A stretch of DNA of 64,000 bases from assembly GCA_000388065.2 (NCBI GenBank), contig KB932203.1; one strand, given 5' to 3'. Shown piece after piece: positions 36,065-47,669 of the stretch (positions within the stretch are counted from its first letter, which is position 1; every line of letters begins with the position of its first letter). Made by a program: the position numbers and the translations under genes. The stretch is from Fonticula alba ATCC 38817. Taxonomy: Eukaryota; Protista; Nucleariida. The notes below the pieces were generated by a model, which saw nothing but the letters and a program-made list of their open reading frames with translations, was not told the DNA's origin and ran no database searches.

Positions 36065-36688
36065 CAGTCGCGTGGGAGGGGGCGAGGAGGGAGGGTAATG
36101 TGGGAGGTGTGTGTTTGCGTGGAGGAGAAAGGGGGAAAGGTTGGGGCGGGGGGGGGGGAAGAGGAAGAGGGAGAAAGAGGGAGAGAGAGAGAGAGAGAGA
36201 GAAGTCGTGCGGTGGGGGGCGGAGGGGTGCTGATGCCTCTTTCGCAGCGAGACAAAGACCTGGAGGGGCCTTTTCGGGGAAAGTGCCCTCACACCGGGCT
36301 CCCTGTGATTCTCCCGGGCCCTGCCGACTGTGTTCCCCTTGCCGCGCCTTTCTCTCGGGCGCGGCCGCCTGGGCACTGGCACCCGGGCCCACGCCGGTTT
36401 TCGCCGATCGGGTGAGCGCCGGCCCCCAGAGTGGTTTGGGCGTGGTTTCGGGCACAATCGTCTGCGTTCCTCCCCTGGCTTGGTCCCTCCTCGCCCCACC
36501 CTCGATGCTTGAGGCGATCTCTCGCGGGCGTTCAGCTTCGCGACCTGGCGAGATGCTTCGAGCTTGGCCCCTCCCCGGGGGGCCGGGGTGGAGGGGGGCG
36601 GGGGCAACCGGGGCAGCCTCCCGCAAGTGGGTGGGCCAGTGTTGCAGGAATGACGCCGAAGCCGACGGGATGCTGGCGCCGGCGCGGG

Positions 36689-36722
<34 letters not shown>

Positions 36723-38347
36723 CTGGGGTGGGGAGGGGGCGCGGCTGAGCCCCGGTCAGGGGCGATCACCTTGTCTGGACCAATCTGCCCCCGGCCCTGC
36801 GGGTCTCGGAGCTCCTGCCCGGTCAGAGCGCCCCGCGCAGGAACCGCGGAAAAGCCCGGGGCGGGGCTCTCCCTTTGGCCTGCTTTCTCCGGGCTTTCGT
36901 GCGGGCGTCTGCCGGCCTACCTGAACCAATGGCACATCGGCATCACCATTGGCAGCCGGCCCGAGAGGCGTCTGGAATGCTGTCCCTCCGCGGGGTCGGC
37001 CGCCCGCTCGGCACAGAGCACTGGAGCCTCTCGGCCCGCTGGTCGCACCCACCTGCGGCGGTCGGGGGGCATGAACGGCGGAGCCGTGGATTGCCGCCCC
37101 CCCCCCCCCCTGCCCATCTTACCAAGCATGCCTCCGGGGTGCGCGGAACACCCTGGCCCCGTCGAATAATCTCACCGGGCGTTGTCCGGTTCCCGAGTAG
37201 GTGGGGTCTGCGGGGGGGGGGGGGGGGGGGCGAGACTAACTTGCCTCAGTCCGGGCACCGCCCATTCACCGGGAAGGCTGTCTAGCCGCCTGCCTATCCC
37301 CCGCCCCCCAGGCCCAGGCCCTCGGCGGCCCCCCCCACCCTCGCCTCCGGGCCCTTCGCGCCCCCCGCACGGAGACTGCTAAGTCCCACCGGATCCGGGG
37401 CCGGCTGGCCGGCCGAGAGACACAAACAGAAAGGCTGATGCGCGCGCGCGGCCCACCGTCGGTTGTGTTTGCCTCATTCTGCGCAGGCACATACACTGCC
37501 CATATGTGTTGCGCGTGTGCGCCCGACCCCAAGCGCACCCGGGTGTTCATGGCCCCCCTTCCCGGCCCCACAGCCGTTGAGGCCCCCCTCCCCCCCCCCT
37601 CAAGGTGCGCAGGGGGCGACACTGCCCACACCTGAGTCGGTACGTGATGCGCCCACTTCGGGAACCCTAGACCACATGATCAGATCAGCGGGCATCATGG
37701 CGTCCGTCCGCCAGCCCCCACCTGCCTGGGGAACTGGCAGCGGTGGTCGTCTCTCTCCNNNNNNNNNNNNNNNNNNNNNNNNNNNNNNNNNNNNNNNNNN
37801 NNNNNNNNNNNNNNNNNNNNNNNNNNNNNNNNNNNNNNNNNNNNNNNNNNNNNNNNNNNNNNNNNNNNNNNNNNNNNNNNNNNNNNNNNNNNNNNNNNNN
37901 NNNNNNNNNNNNNNNNNNNNNNNNNNNNNNNNNNNNNNNNNNNNNNNNNNNNNNNNNNNNNNNNNNNNNNNNNNNNNNNNNNNNNNNNNNNNNNNNNNNN
38001 NNNNNNNNNNNNNNNNNNNNNNNNNNNNNNNNNNNNNNNNNNNNNNNNNNNNNNNNNNNNNNNNNNNNNNNNNNNNNNNCTCTCTCTCTCTCTCACACAC
38101 TCTCTCTCTCACTCTCTCTCTCTCTCTCACACACATCTTGTGCCTCTCGCCATATCCCACTTTCGTGTCCTCATGAGTGTTGGCTCGATGCGGCCGCCTT
38201 TTTGCCCGTTGCCCTCCCAAGCTCGATGATCGGCAAAGATCCTTTCCTGAACATGACACTCCCGACACCTGGGCCCTGTGCCTCATATCCCTGCGCCCGC
38301 GCGTCAGGACATCTTCACCAAGGACAGGGCATTTATTTCCAGCAGCA

Positions 38348-40217
38348 TCAGGGCGACCAGCTGGCCTGAGAGTCCAGAGACATGGAGGAAGGCGCCGGAT
38401 CGGAAGAGGGGTCCTCCTTGAGGATGGCGGCCTCCTTGTCGGCATTTGCATCCTTGCCTACGGCCTCCGTCGACTCGAGACGCAGCCAGGCGAAGGGGAG
38501 CTGACCAAGGCGATGCAACCGCACCAAAGCCACCACCAGCAGGGGCAGAACCACACCAATGCAAACAATCAGCAGCGCCAGGCCAAGCCAGCCGATCCAC
38601 GAGGTCAAAGCCAGAGGAGACGGCCCGGGGAAGTCCCAGGACATTGCCGCCAGGAGGCCAAAGTGCGAAGAAGGGTAGATGTGCTGGGACCCGGTGCCTT
38701 GACGGTTGTCCCGAATGAGGGACGCCTCGCTGACCGCCAAGCCAGCTGTGGCCAGCGGAGACCCATGGAGAAAGAGGAAGTCCGGCCGCTCGGTGGCCAC
38801 CCCGGTGAAGTCGTGATACGTATCACCGGCATGCTGGTTGCCCGGAAGAAGGCGGAAGCTGTCCATGAAGCCGCTGGCCCGCAGGAGATGCACATGGAAG
38901 TCGTCTTCCGACTGGGCAGCCATGTCACCGGTGGCCACCACCGGGATGCCGTGGGGATTGTAGTTGGAGATGCTCAAAACCTGTGTTTGTGTGTGTGTGT
39001 GCGCGCGCGCGCGTGCGTGCGTGAGTGTATGCGGAGGTGCATTCGCATGGTTAGTTTGGACTTTGCATGTGCGAGCCGGAAGGGGGGCACACGTGTAGCG
39101 AAGCCACAGGGCGCGGGCACAATCGAAAGGGCGGACAAGAAAAAAGACGCACCATTTGCAACGTGCTTTCGGTCAAAGCCGCCGGGGCATTGGGATCCAG
39201 CCGGGTGTTGAAGTGGTAGAAGGAGCGCCGGGAGGACTTGTCATGGAGAAGGACCCAGGAGACGGATCGCGGCGCGGTGTTGCCGAATGACATGCACCCC
39301 GGGAGGGAGGGCGTCTTACACAGGGAAAAGGTGCCAGATTGCAGGGGGAGGAAGCGTGTCCGGCGGAAGAGGATCGGATTGTGCAGGGCGATGCCCAGGC
39401 GCAGGTCGGCCACCGTCTGCGGGGCCAGGGCATACTGCTCGCCGAGGGCCGAAAGGAGCAGATCCAGGTGCTCGGTGGCCAGATCTTGCAGAGCCACCAC
39501 ATCCGGATTCCGGGAAGTGATGGCACTGACAAGGATGGGCATGCGCTCCGTCCAAGGGGGCCCGCGGGTGGATGCGCTGTCCACATTGAAGGAGAGGGTC
39601 CGCAGGAACAGGCGAGTAGACGAGCGCCCGGCCGACGGGTGTTGCTGATGGGGGGGCGTCGGGTCCGTGCCCTCTTCCGGGCCTTCCACTTCCTCATCGA
39701 GGGGTGGCGAGGGAGTCGGGCCGGAGTCCGGCACGTTGGGAGTAGTTAGCACTCGAAGGACCTCGGCTGCGGTCGAATCCGAGTCGATGGCCACCCCGAA
39801 GGTGGCAGGGAGACCTGACTGGTCGGAGTCGGCGGGAGCCACTTCAACTTGGCCGAGCCCCGGGAGACGCCGAGACCGGGCCCGCCGCCCAGGCGGGGGA
39901 AGGGCGGCTCGCTCGACCGCCCGTCCGACCATCGATCGAAGGGTAGCGCAAGCCTGATCGTGGGTCCTCATGATGCCGGGCCAGCTGGCAGCCGAGGGGG
40001 CATGCCCACGCGCCGGGACCACACGGCAGGCGGCAGGCTCGGCCATCGGTGTCAGGAGCACCTCAACGCAGGCACCACTCGGATCATCTCCAGGACAAAC
40101 CACAGCCCGAGAGTGCACACCAGCAGGAGGGGCCTCGGCCAGCCCGGCAGCCAGCAGGCCCGCCAGGACCAGGAGCAAGGCAGCCCAGGTGCGTGGGCCG
40201 ACCGGACAGGGGGGCAT
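38348..40217 (-). CDS. EEP (endonuclease/exonuclease/phosphatase) family paralog 1: signal peptide + degenerate EEP domain + C-terminal TM helix (~565 aa)
   Basis: Exons 40217-39153 and 38980-38348 (ATG|GTGCGT...CAG|GTT, phase 0). Contains WAALLLVLAGLLAAGLA, LRTLSFNV, PDVVALQD, NPILFRRTRF...QSGTFSLC, VVATGD, FMDSFR and YPSSHF. The TM segment is WIGWLGLALLIVCIGVVLPLLVVALV. Confidence 0.85.
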
Positions 40218-41335
40218 ACGTCGGTAGATGTGCCAAGTCCAGAGACAGGGCTCGAGAGCGAAGAGTCAACGCGCGTGCTGGTGATCGATGGGCCAAGGAG
40301 CGGGGATGTGAGGGAGTGGGGCCCGGGGCGGCAAAGGTGCTTCGGGGAGGGACGGGAAGGGAGGGGGGGGGGAGGAGAGTAGCCATGTGCCAGGGTGGAG
40401 AGGAGGAGGCACTCCCCTGGTTGTGAGTTGCCGAGAGGGCGGAAGCTTTTGTGTCTGGCCCACAGTCGGTGACTGGCGCCGGGATCTCGGCCCACGCCCC
40501 CGGGGGATATCCCTCTCCGGGGGTTCTGAAACAACGAAGTCCGCGACGTTCCCAAAGGGGCGAGTCGGGCGCGGGGGGGGGGGGGGGGGGGGGGCCAAAA
40601 TGAAGGCACCGCTCGATCAACCGCCGGGCGCCGCGCCGACGGTTCGGCAGGAGGACAAAAACAGCAAGCATCTGTTGGTCTACATTCAGCAAGCCTTGAG
40701 GCCGGTTGCTTTGTTCCGCAGTGCCGGCCATTCGCTCGCAAGTCCAAGATCCAAGAAGCAGCCCCGCCTCCCCCCAGAGCGCGTGTAATTTCCGAAGGGG
40801 CAGTCACCGGGCGGCCCGGGCGCCTGCCAACGGAGTGCTCTTGTTTACAATCGACTTTTGGTTGAACGGCCTGGGGGCGGAAGGACAAACCCCAAGCGCC
40901 GGCCGGTCTTGGCCCGAGAGACGCGCCCGCTTGCGCCGGGTCTTGGGCCTTCAGGTCCCGACCGAGCCCAGATCACTCGGGCCTGCGCCGCAGGTCTCCC
41001 ACAAGGGCCAGTTAGCAATGGAAGCAGGGTGTCCGGGGCGTGCAACATACAAAATACTAACGCCTCAGTGAGTCTAGCCCCTGGTGTTGGGGTCCCTAGG
41101 TCGATTTGTCCTGTCCAAACACATCTCGAGTCAGGCGCAGGGGACCAGGCAGATAGCAGACGCCCCCCGCCCCCTTCTCCCTCTCTCTCCCTCTCTCTCC
41201 CTCTCTCTCTGTCTCTCTCTCCTCCACCACAAGGGGGTTTCGCACGTCTCTTTGAAAGGACACAATCTATTTCGGACAGCAGGCAGGCGAGCAGACATTT
41301 CCAACAGGGAAGAGAGAGAGAGAGGGAGATGGCGC

Positions 41336-42286
41336 TCACTCGGATTCCGGATAATCAAAAGCCACTTGGGCCCAGATCGGAAAGTGGTCACTGGGGAAAA
41401 TGGCACCAAGGGTCGGGTCGGGACGATACTCGCGATTGATGTTGGCATCCTTGACGGTGACCTGCCAGGCGGCTTCCGGCGAGTCGGCCTGCACAAAGAC
41501 ATAGTCGAACTTGCGCATGGCCATGCCGGAGAAGGCGTGGAAGGTTTCCCCCGGCGAGGGGAGCGGATTCACCACGCGGAAGGTATCGATGAAGTTCTCA
41601 CGCTGCAGGGCAAGCACCTCGGGCGAAGATTCCGATTGGTTGTTGAAATCCCCAAGCAGAATGACCGGCAGGCGTTCGCCATTCATGAGGGAAACCGTGC
41701 GAGCCAGTTGCTGGGAGCTGGACAGCCGCGATGTCGAAGAAACATGATCCATGTGCAGGCTATACACGAGGAAGGGCTTCTGCGAGGCCAAATCAAGGAG
41801 ACGTGCCCAGGTACTGATGCGGGGGATGCTGTTGCCGTACGACTTGCAGGCCGGGAGGGAAGGCTCGTCACAGAACCAAAAGGTGCCGGATTCCAGAAGG
41901 GCGAAGCGGTCTTTGCGGAAGAAGATGGGCGAGTACTCGCCGGCTTGGTGGCCATCGTCCCGACCGACGCCCACATGCGCATACTCGTCCAGTCGCTCGA
42001 TGATGAAATCCAGCTGCGAGCTGAGGACCTCCTGCAGGCCCACCACGTCGTACCCCCGCTGGCCCATGATCTCGACGGCGTGCTCCCGGCGGTTTTCCCA
42101 GATGTGCTCGGCATCGCCGGGGTTGGCATACCGGATGTTGAAGGAAAGGAGATTCAGCTCAAGCGAAGCGCTCGGCAAGGAGGGGCGGCCACCTTGGTCT
42201 GGGGGGGCGGCGGCGTCGGCCGCGCGCGTCACCGCCAGAAGGCACACGAGCAGGAGGCCGATCAGCAGGCGGGAAGTCAAGCGCAT
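41336..42286 (-). CDS. EEP family paralog 2: intronless secreted hydrolase (316 aa)
   Basis: The start MRLTSRLLIGLLLVCLLAVTRA is a signal peptide. The catalytic motif set is complete: SFNIRY, GLQEV, GVGRDDG..GEYSPIFF, ESGTFWF, LHMDH, LGDFN, KFDYVF, PSDHFP. Confidence 0.92.
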   Translation of the reverse strand: MRLTSRLLIGLLLVCLLAVTRAADAAAPPDQGGRPSLPSASLELNLLSFNIRYANPGDAEHIWENRREHAVEIMGQRGYDVVGLQEVLSSQLDFIIERLDEYAHVGVGRDDGHQAGEYSPIFFRKDRFALLESGTFWFCDEPSLPACKSYGNSIPRISTWARLLDLASQKPFLVYSLHMDHVSSTSRLSSSQQLARTVSLMNGERLPVILLGDFNNQSESSPEVLALQRENFIDTFRVVNPLPSPGETFHAFSGMAMRKFDYVFVQADSPEAAWQVTVKDANINREYRPDPTLGAIFPSDHFPIWAQVAFDYPESE

Positions 42287-43099
42287 GCCGATGACGGGGA
42301 GGGAGGGGGAAGAGGAGGAGGGGGAGGAGGAGGAGGAGGAGGAGGAGGAGAGGGAGGCAATCCGCAGGGCAGACCAGGGGGATGGATAGGGGAGGCCGCG
42401 AAAAGGGGCGGGCGAGTGTGTGTGTGTGGGGGGGGGGGTGTGGAGGAGATCCGAGAAACGAACAGACCCCGGGACCTGGTCGCCCCCGTCACACACAAGT
42501 CCCCTCTAAAGGGATCTCGAGTGTGTGGCGGCAAGCCGACTGATCGACCCCTCCCATGGCGCCAATCCCCTTGCCTCGCGCACATGGAGAGCCATCTTCT
42601 CTCAAGCCGCAGGGCCCCCTCCTGCGGTCTGAGGCCGATCTTCCCGATTGGCCACCCCGCCGAAGTCCCCGGCGATCGGGGGGGGGGGGGGGGCGGAGCG
42701 AGAGCCGGGGGCCCCGGGGTGGAGGGGCTCCGGGCAGAGGTCCAACGCCGTCCCTCCGGCCCCGGGCCATTCTTGTCGTCCAGATCGAGGTCACTGATGC
42801 GTCGGCATCTGGACATGGGTCGTGCCTCCATCGGCAGTACCCGTCCCTGGCTGTGTCATCCTCCCACACTATTCGGCGGCCATGGTGCCGCAGGCACACG
42901 CGCAGCCCCCCCCGGTAAGCCAAGGGAAAGCAATTCCGCTGAGCCCGCCCCTCCCCCTCCTTCCTTTCCCTCCCCCCCCCCGTCCCTCCCCGCTTGCTCC
43001 TATTTGTTCCTTTCTTTGTGATCCTCTGCCCCCCCTATCGCCCCCCCCCCCTGCCCCGAGCTCCCCCCACGCCACCTCATCGACAGCCCTCCACATACC

Positions 43100-45318
43100 A
43101 TGGCCAGCTCCGCCCCTGCCAAGGCGTCTGCCTCTGCTGTAATGTCGCACTTCCGCTTTGCCCTTGGCCAGCGTGCGGCCGCGGCGTCGGCCAGCGCCCC
43201 AACCCCAGCCTTGGCCGGCTTCGGTGGAAATGCCGCGCGCACCGGTGTCCTCCATTTCGGCCAGCGGTCCTTTCCCACGCCGCTGGCTTTCCTGTCGGCT
43301 CCGCGCGGTCATCCGACGCACCTGACCCCAGACCATGCCGCCACCCTCTTCGACCAGGCCGATGGTCATGGTCTCGGTGCGTGCCGGGACCAACCCACGC
43401 CCCTCCCTCTTGCGCGGGCGATTGGCGGAAAGAAAGAGAAGAGAAGCAAACCAACCCCTTTCTTCATTTCCCCTGCTCTGCCCATGCTCCTGACATGTCC
43501 CTGGCCGAACTCCCTCTCCCTCCCTTCCTTTCCCCGCCCGAATCCCAGCCTTCAACCTTGAAACCGACTATCTGATGGGGTCTCTGATCCCTCTGCTCCG
43601 GCACAGCAGCACCGGCAAGGTCAAGCGCTCGGACACCTCGGCCGCCGTGACCACTTCCCTCCCGAGCGATGGTGATGTGGCGCTGCTGCCGAATCTGCGA
43701 TCTTTCCTCGGCTTGTCGCCCGACACCTTGGTGTTCTCCTCGCCGCGCATGGTCTTCCCCGGGGCCCCAGGCGTTGGCCAGAAGACTGCCGGCAACACCG
43801 ATGACACCATCCTCTTTGAGAGCCGATACGGCCGCCGGGGGGCCAACCTCCAGCAGTTCATCCAGATGGTGGATCTCATGTACTCGGACCGGACCCCCCC
43901 CGCCGGCCCGGAAGCCGGGCGTCTCCTGCCGGTGGAGTTGCCGCAGGCCGGCTCGCCCACCCTGCTGATGGCCTTGGCCGACCTGCCGCCGGCGCTGGCC
44001 GGCGCGCGCCGGTCCCTCCGTGCGGCCGAGCGCAATGTGGCCTTCATGGATGGGCTGTTGAGCCATTATCAGAAGACCGGCGGGGTGCAGCCGGTGCGCG
44101 GGGCCTCCGACTCGCCGGACCCCAGTCCGGCGGTCCTGCCGGCTCTCTTCGCCCCGATCATCGGCCCACACCCGGCGGCCGCGCGGCACGGCGCCAACTA
44201 TGTGGCATCCGTTGTGGCTCGCCAGGGCATCGCCAATGGCGAGGGAGATGTCGCGGTCGGGGCGCCGGAGTCTTCCGGCTTCAGCCCCTCCTCCGTGCTC
44301 GGGGGCGTGGTGTTGGTGGGCTTCGACTTGACGAAGCCCCAGCAGCGACGCCTGGTGCGTGAGGTGCTGCGCACGGTCCCCGGGCACTTGCCGCGTGCGA
44401 TTCTGGTTGGCTCGTCCGCCGGGGCCGGCACCCCGGAGGAGGCCCTGGCCGCGGTGCGCCTCGGTGCCGATCTGGTCCTCGATGCCGGGGCGGCGGCCGT
44501 GCGCGATGCCTCCGACGGCCGGGCTTGGTCGCTGTCTCACGGGGCCCTGGCGGAGGCCTTCCTCGGCGCCGAGGAGATCGACGAGTCCGAGCTCGACCAC
44601 CTGCGCCAGGAGCGCCAGCTGTTCACCGACAATGAGGCGGCCATTCGTCGGGCGGCCGAGGAGGCCGATCGCGAGCGGGCCGAGGCAACTGCCCTGGCCG
44701 AGGCCGAGGGGCGCGCGACCCCCGGGCCGGCTGGCCCGCCGCGTGCTCGTCATGATGCTCCGCCCACGCAGCCCGACGACCTGGACCGACGCCTGGCCCG
44801 GGTGGCTGACATGCTGGCGGGCAGCCAGCGCCAGGTGAACCTCTGGGATCGCGAGCACGCCATGGCCAAGGGCCCCTTCGTGAAAGGGTGCCCGTGCTTC
44901 GCCTGTGCGCGCCACACCCGCTCATACACGCACCATCTGCTCAACACTCAGGAGCTGTTGGGGCCGTTGCTGCTCAGCATGTGCGTCCTTTGGCTGGTCT
45001 TTCTCGCCCCCCTCCCCCCCCCCCACCGCCCGGCTCCTTCCTCCTGCTATGCGCCCTCTGCCCTGCCCCACCTTCATCCCCACTGCTATCCAGGCTTTCG
45101 CATGATGTCCATACTAAGCACGACATCTTCCCCGCCCCCCTCCCGGTTGGTGCCACCCATTTGTCCCATCCACCCGAAGTCACAATTCCCACCAGGCGCT
45201 TGGGCTTTTCCGTGAAGTGCGCCAGGTACTGGCTCGGCTGGCTGGCCCGAGCAGCAAGCGCCTGCGCACCGGCACCGATGCCGATGACGCCTCGCCCAAG
45301 CGCCCGCGCGTGGAGTAA
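43100..45318 (+). CDS. QTRT2: Queuine tRNA-ribosyltransferase accessory subunit 2 (QTRTD1)
   Basis: The N-terminus ARTGVLHFGQRSFPTPLAFL...GHPTHLTPD is TGT-like. The gene has LRSFLG, a GADL motif and the Zn site GCPCFACARHTRSYTHHLLNTQELLGPLLLS. The last exon 45180-45318 supplies (I)HNSHQALGLFREVR and ends SPKRPRVE*. I did not see the catalytic-subunit motifs (DSGG, GGL..GE), so I call it the accessory subunit. Confidence 0.85.
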
Positions 45319-45564
45319 GTACGCGCCCCGGCCCCGCTTCCATTTCGACCCTCTCCTCGCCCCGACTGCGCGCCCGGCGCCATTGGGGCACCCCTTGCTT
45401 TGTTTTTTTTTTTTTCCCCCAGCCTCTTGGAAATCCCTCCTGTTGCCCTTCCCCCCTCAGCACATAATAGACCTTCTTGCATTGGAACAAGGAAACGAAA
45501 GCGACACCAGTCTCACAGAGGGAAGGGGCGGGCGGGCGGGCGGGCGACGGCACAACTCATCGCT

Positions 45565-46953
45565 CTAGCCAAAGTGCCATGCGACATCGGCCAAAATCGG
45601 GTAGTGGTCGCTGGGATAAATGGTCCCCAGGCCGGAGGGCAGAGACACATGCTGGGTGAGCATGTCGACCGCGGTGACATTGTACCCGGCCAGGTTGGCG
45701 CCGGTCCAGAGCCACACGTAGTCGATCTTGCGGATGCCCTTGCCGGTGAACTCGTGGTAGGTGAGCCCACGACGGGGGTCATGATCGAGCTGACGGAAGG
45801 TGTCCATGTAGCCGGCATCCTGGAGAACCCGGACTTCGGTGGCATTTTCGCTGTGGTTGTTGAAGTCCCCGGTGATCAGGGTCGGCAGCCGGGCCAGGTT
45901 GTACCGGTCGATGGTGTCAACCAGCTGCTGGGCGCTCTGGATGCGGGAGTTGCTGGACATGTGGTCCAGGTGCACATTGAAGTGGTAGAATGCGCGGCCG
46001 GTGGGGACGTCGAAAAACTTGGCCCAGGTGCAGATCCGGGGCAGGTTGTTGCCGTACGTCCGGCAGCCGGGAATGTGTGGCTGGTCGCAGAACCAGAAGG
46101 TCCCGGATTCGAGAACCTGCAGACGATCGGCCCGATAGAAGATGGGCGCATACTCGCCGGCGGTGAGGCCATCATCGCGGCCCACGCCGACATGCCGGTA
46201 CTCCGGCAGCTCGGCCAGGAGCTCTTGCAGCTGGAAGTGCAGGACCTCCTGCAGCCCCGCCACCAGGGGAGCCTGCTTACGCAGGATGTCAAACACCTGG
46301 GGCCGGCGCTGTGGCCAGCCATTCAGCCCATCGCTGGCCGAGCCGTAGCGAATGTTGAAGGACAGCGCGCGGAAGGCCATTTCGGTGGCCGCCACCGCCG
46401 GGCGCCAGGGCGTGCGCGGAGCCACGCCGGCCGTCGAAAGCTGGTGACTCTCGGCGGCGACCTCGGCAATGGCCCCGGCGGCCTCGGCGGCCGGGGCTGT
46501 GATGTTCAGCTCCAGCAGCTCGTAGCCCGCGGCCCCGTCCAGGCGCTGGCGGTAAAGCCCACGCGAGGTGAAAGCCCCCCCGGGCAGGGACTGGGAAAAG
46601 TAGCCGAAGGTGTCGTCACCGTTCACCTGCCCGGCAAGCGGGCCCTCGGAGGAGACACGCGTGAGCAGGGGGGCCAAATTATCGGGCCAGGTGTCGGCGT
46701 TGGCATCGGCGGTGCCGGCGGGCCAGAGCAAGGTCTGGGGCAGGCCCGGGCCGGCGGCCAGGCGAACCGCGGCACCCTCGGCCAAGGTCAGCTGCGGTCC
46801 GGCGGCCAGGAGGCCCTGGCTGAAGAGAGCGCGTAGCCGGCGCATCGGCGCGGTGTCTTGCTGATGCGGCGAGGTGGGCAGGGCGGTGGCCGTGATGGCC
46901 GCCGCCGCCAGCAGGGCCAGCAGGGCCAGCAGGAGGTGCTGGAGAGCACGCAT
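45565..46953 (-). CDS. EEP family paralog 3: intronless secreted hydrolase with ~170-aa N-terminal extension (462 aa)
   Basis: Signal peptide MRALQHLLLALLALLAAAAITATA. Motifs are SFNIRY, GLQEV, GVGRDDG..GEYAPIFY, ESGTFWF, NVHLDH, TGDFN, KIDYVW and PSDHYP. Confidence 0.92.
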   Translation of the reverse strand: MRALQHLLLALLALLAAAAITATALPTSPHQQDTAPMRRLRALFSQGLLAAGPQLTLAEGAAVRLAAGPGLPQTLLWPAGTADANADTWPDNLAPLLTRVSSEGPLAGQVNGDDTFGYFSQSLPGGAFTSRGLYRQRLDGAAGYELLELNITAPAAEAAGAIAEVAAESHQLSTAGVAPRTPWRPAVAATEMAFRALSFNIRYGSASDGLNGWPQRRPQVFDILRKQAPLVAGLQEVLHFQLQELLAELPEYRHVGVGRDDGLTAGEYAPIFYRADRLQVLESGTFWFCDQPHIPGCRTYGNNLPRICTWAKFFDVPTGRAFYHFNVHLDHMSSNSRIQSAQQLVDTIDRYNLARLPTLITGDFNNHSENATEVRVLQDAGYMDTFRQLDHDPRRGLTYHEFTGKGIRKIDYVWLWTGANLAGYNVTAVDMLTQHVSLPSGLGTIYPSDHYPILADVAWHFG

Positions 46954-47669
46954 TCTCGCCCTCGAACGGTGCAGAGGATGTGTGGTTATGTGCGTGTGTG
47001 TGTGTGTGCGCGCGTGAAAAGAGACGGCCGCGAGAGCAACGGAGATGGATGGTGGTGGGGAGGCAGGATGGTGGGGGGGAGGGGGGGGGGGAGATGAAGG
47101 GGCAGCGAGGCCTGTGTCAAGAGGGCTCTGAAGCCAGCATGCAGCAAGCATAGCCTTTTTATTCGGGCACCGGTTCCGGCATCGGTGCACACGGTTGGGG
47201 GCACGGGGACCACACCCAGGGCCGGGCATCTGACGACAGATGCACACCCAGGGCAAGGGACAGATCTCCCAATGGCTGAGGTCACCCGGGCCGCGAACAG
47301 CATGTTGTGGCGGTCCCTGGGGGACATTCGGAGCCTCGGCAGTTCAGCCGAAGGGGCCGGGTCGGACACGGGGACCGGGGTTCCGGGCCAAGGGTCGGGG
47401 GTGGCTCGGGTCACTCCGGGGGGGGGGGGGGGCATCACGCACAATCCTCCTGCCAGGCCGGTGTCTCCTCCCGACAATATGTCCCCTGCCAGCTGTGCTT
47501 CCGCCGGTGGGGGCCGGTGTGAAGGCAGTGTCGGGCGACAAAAGGGAACACAGGCACACGCGGGGGGCAGGCATTTTATTGTGTGCCTGCCCCCCTCGGT
47601 GCGAGCGAACGGGCGCCGGCGGAGACGCGCGCGCACCCTGCGGGCCGGTTGTTTTGATATGTGCTTTTA

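Noticed and set aside
36955-37035. Short inverted repeat ccgagaggc...gcctctcgg in the GPAT-EEP intergenic region
   Set aside because: The stem is only 9 bp in very GC-rich DNA, which is expected by chance. No tRNA or snRNA hallmarks are present.
41084-44915. ORFs 41084..43021 (+) and 43464..44915 (-)
   Set aside because: They are antisense to EEP paralog 2 and QTRT2 respectively, and low-complexity elsewhere.
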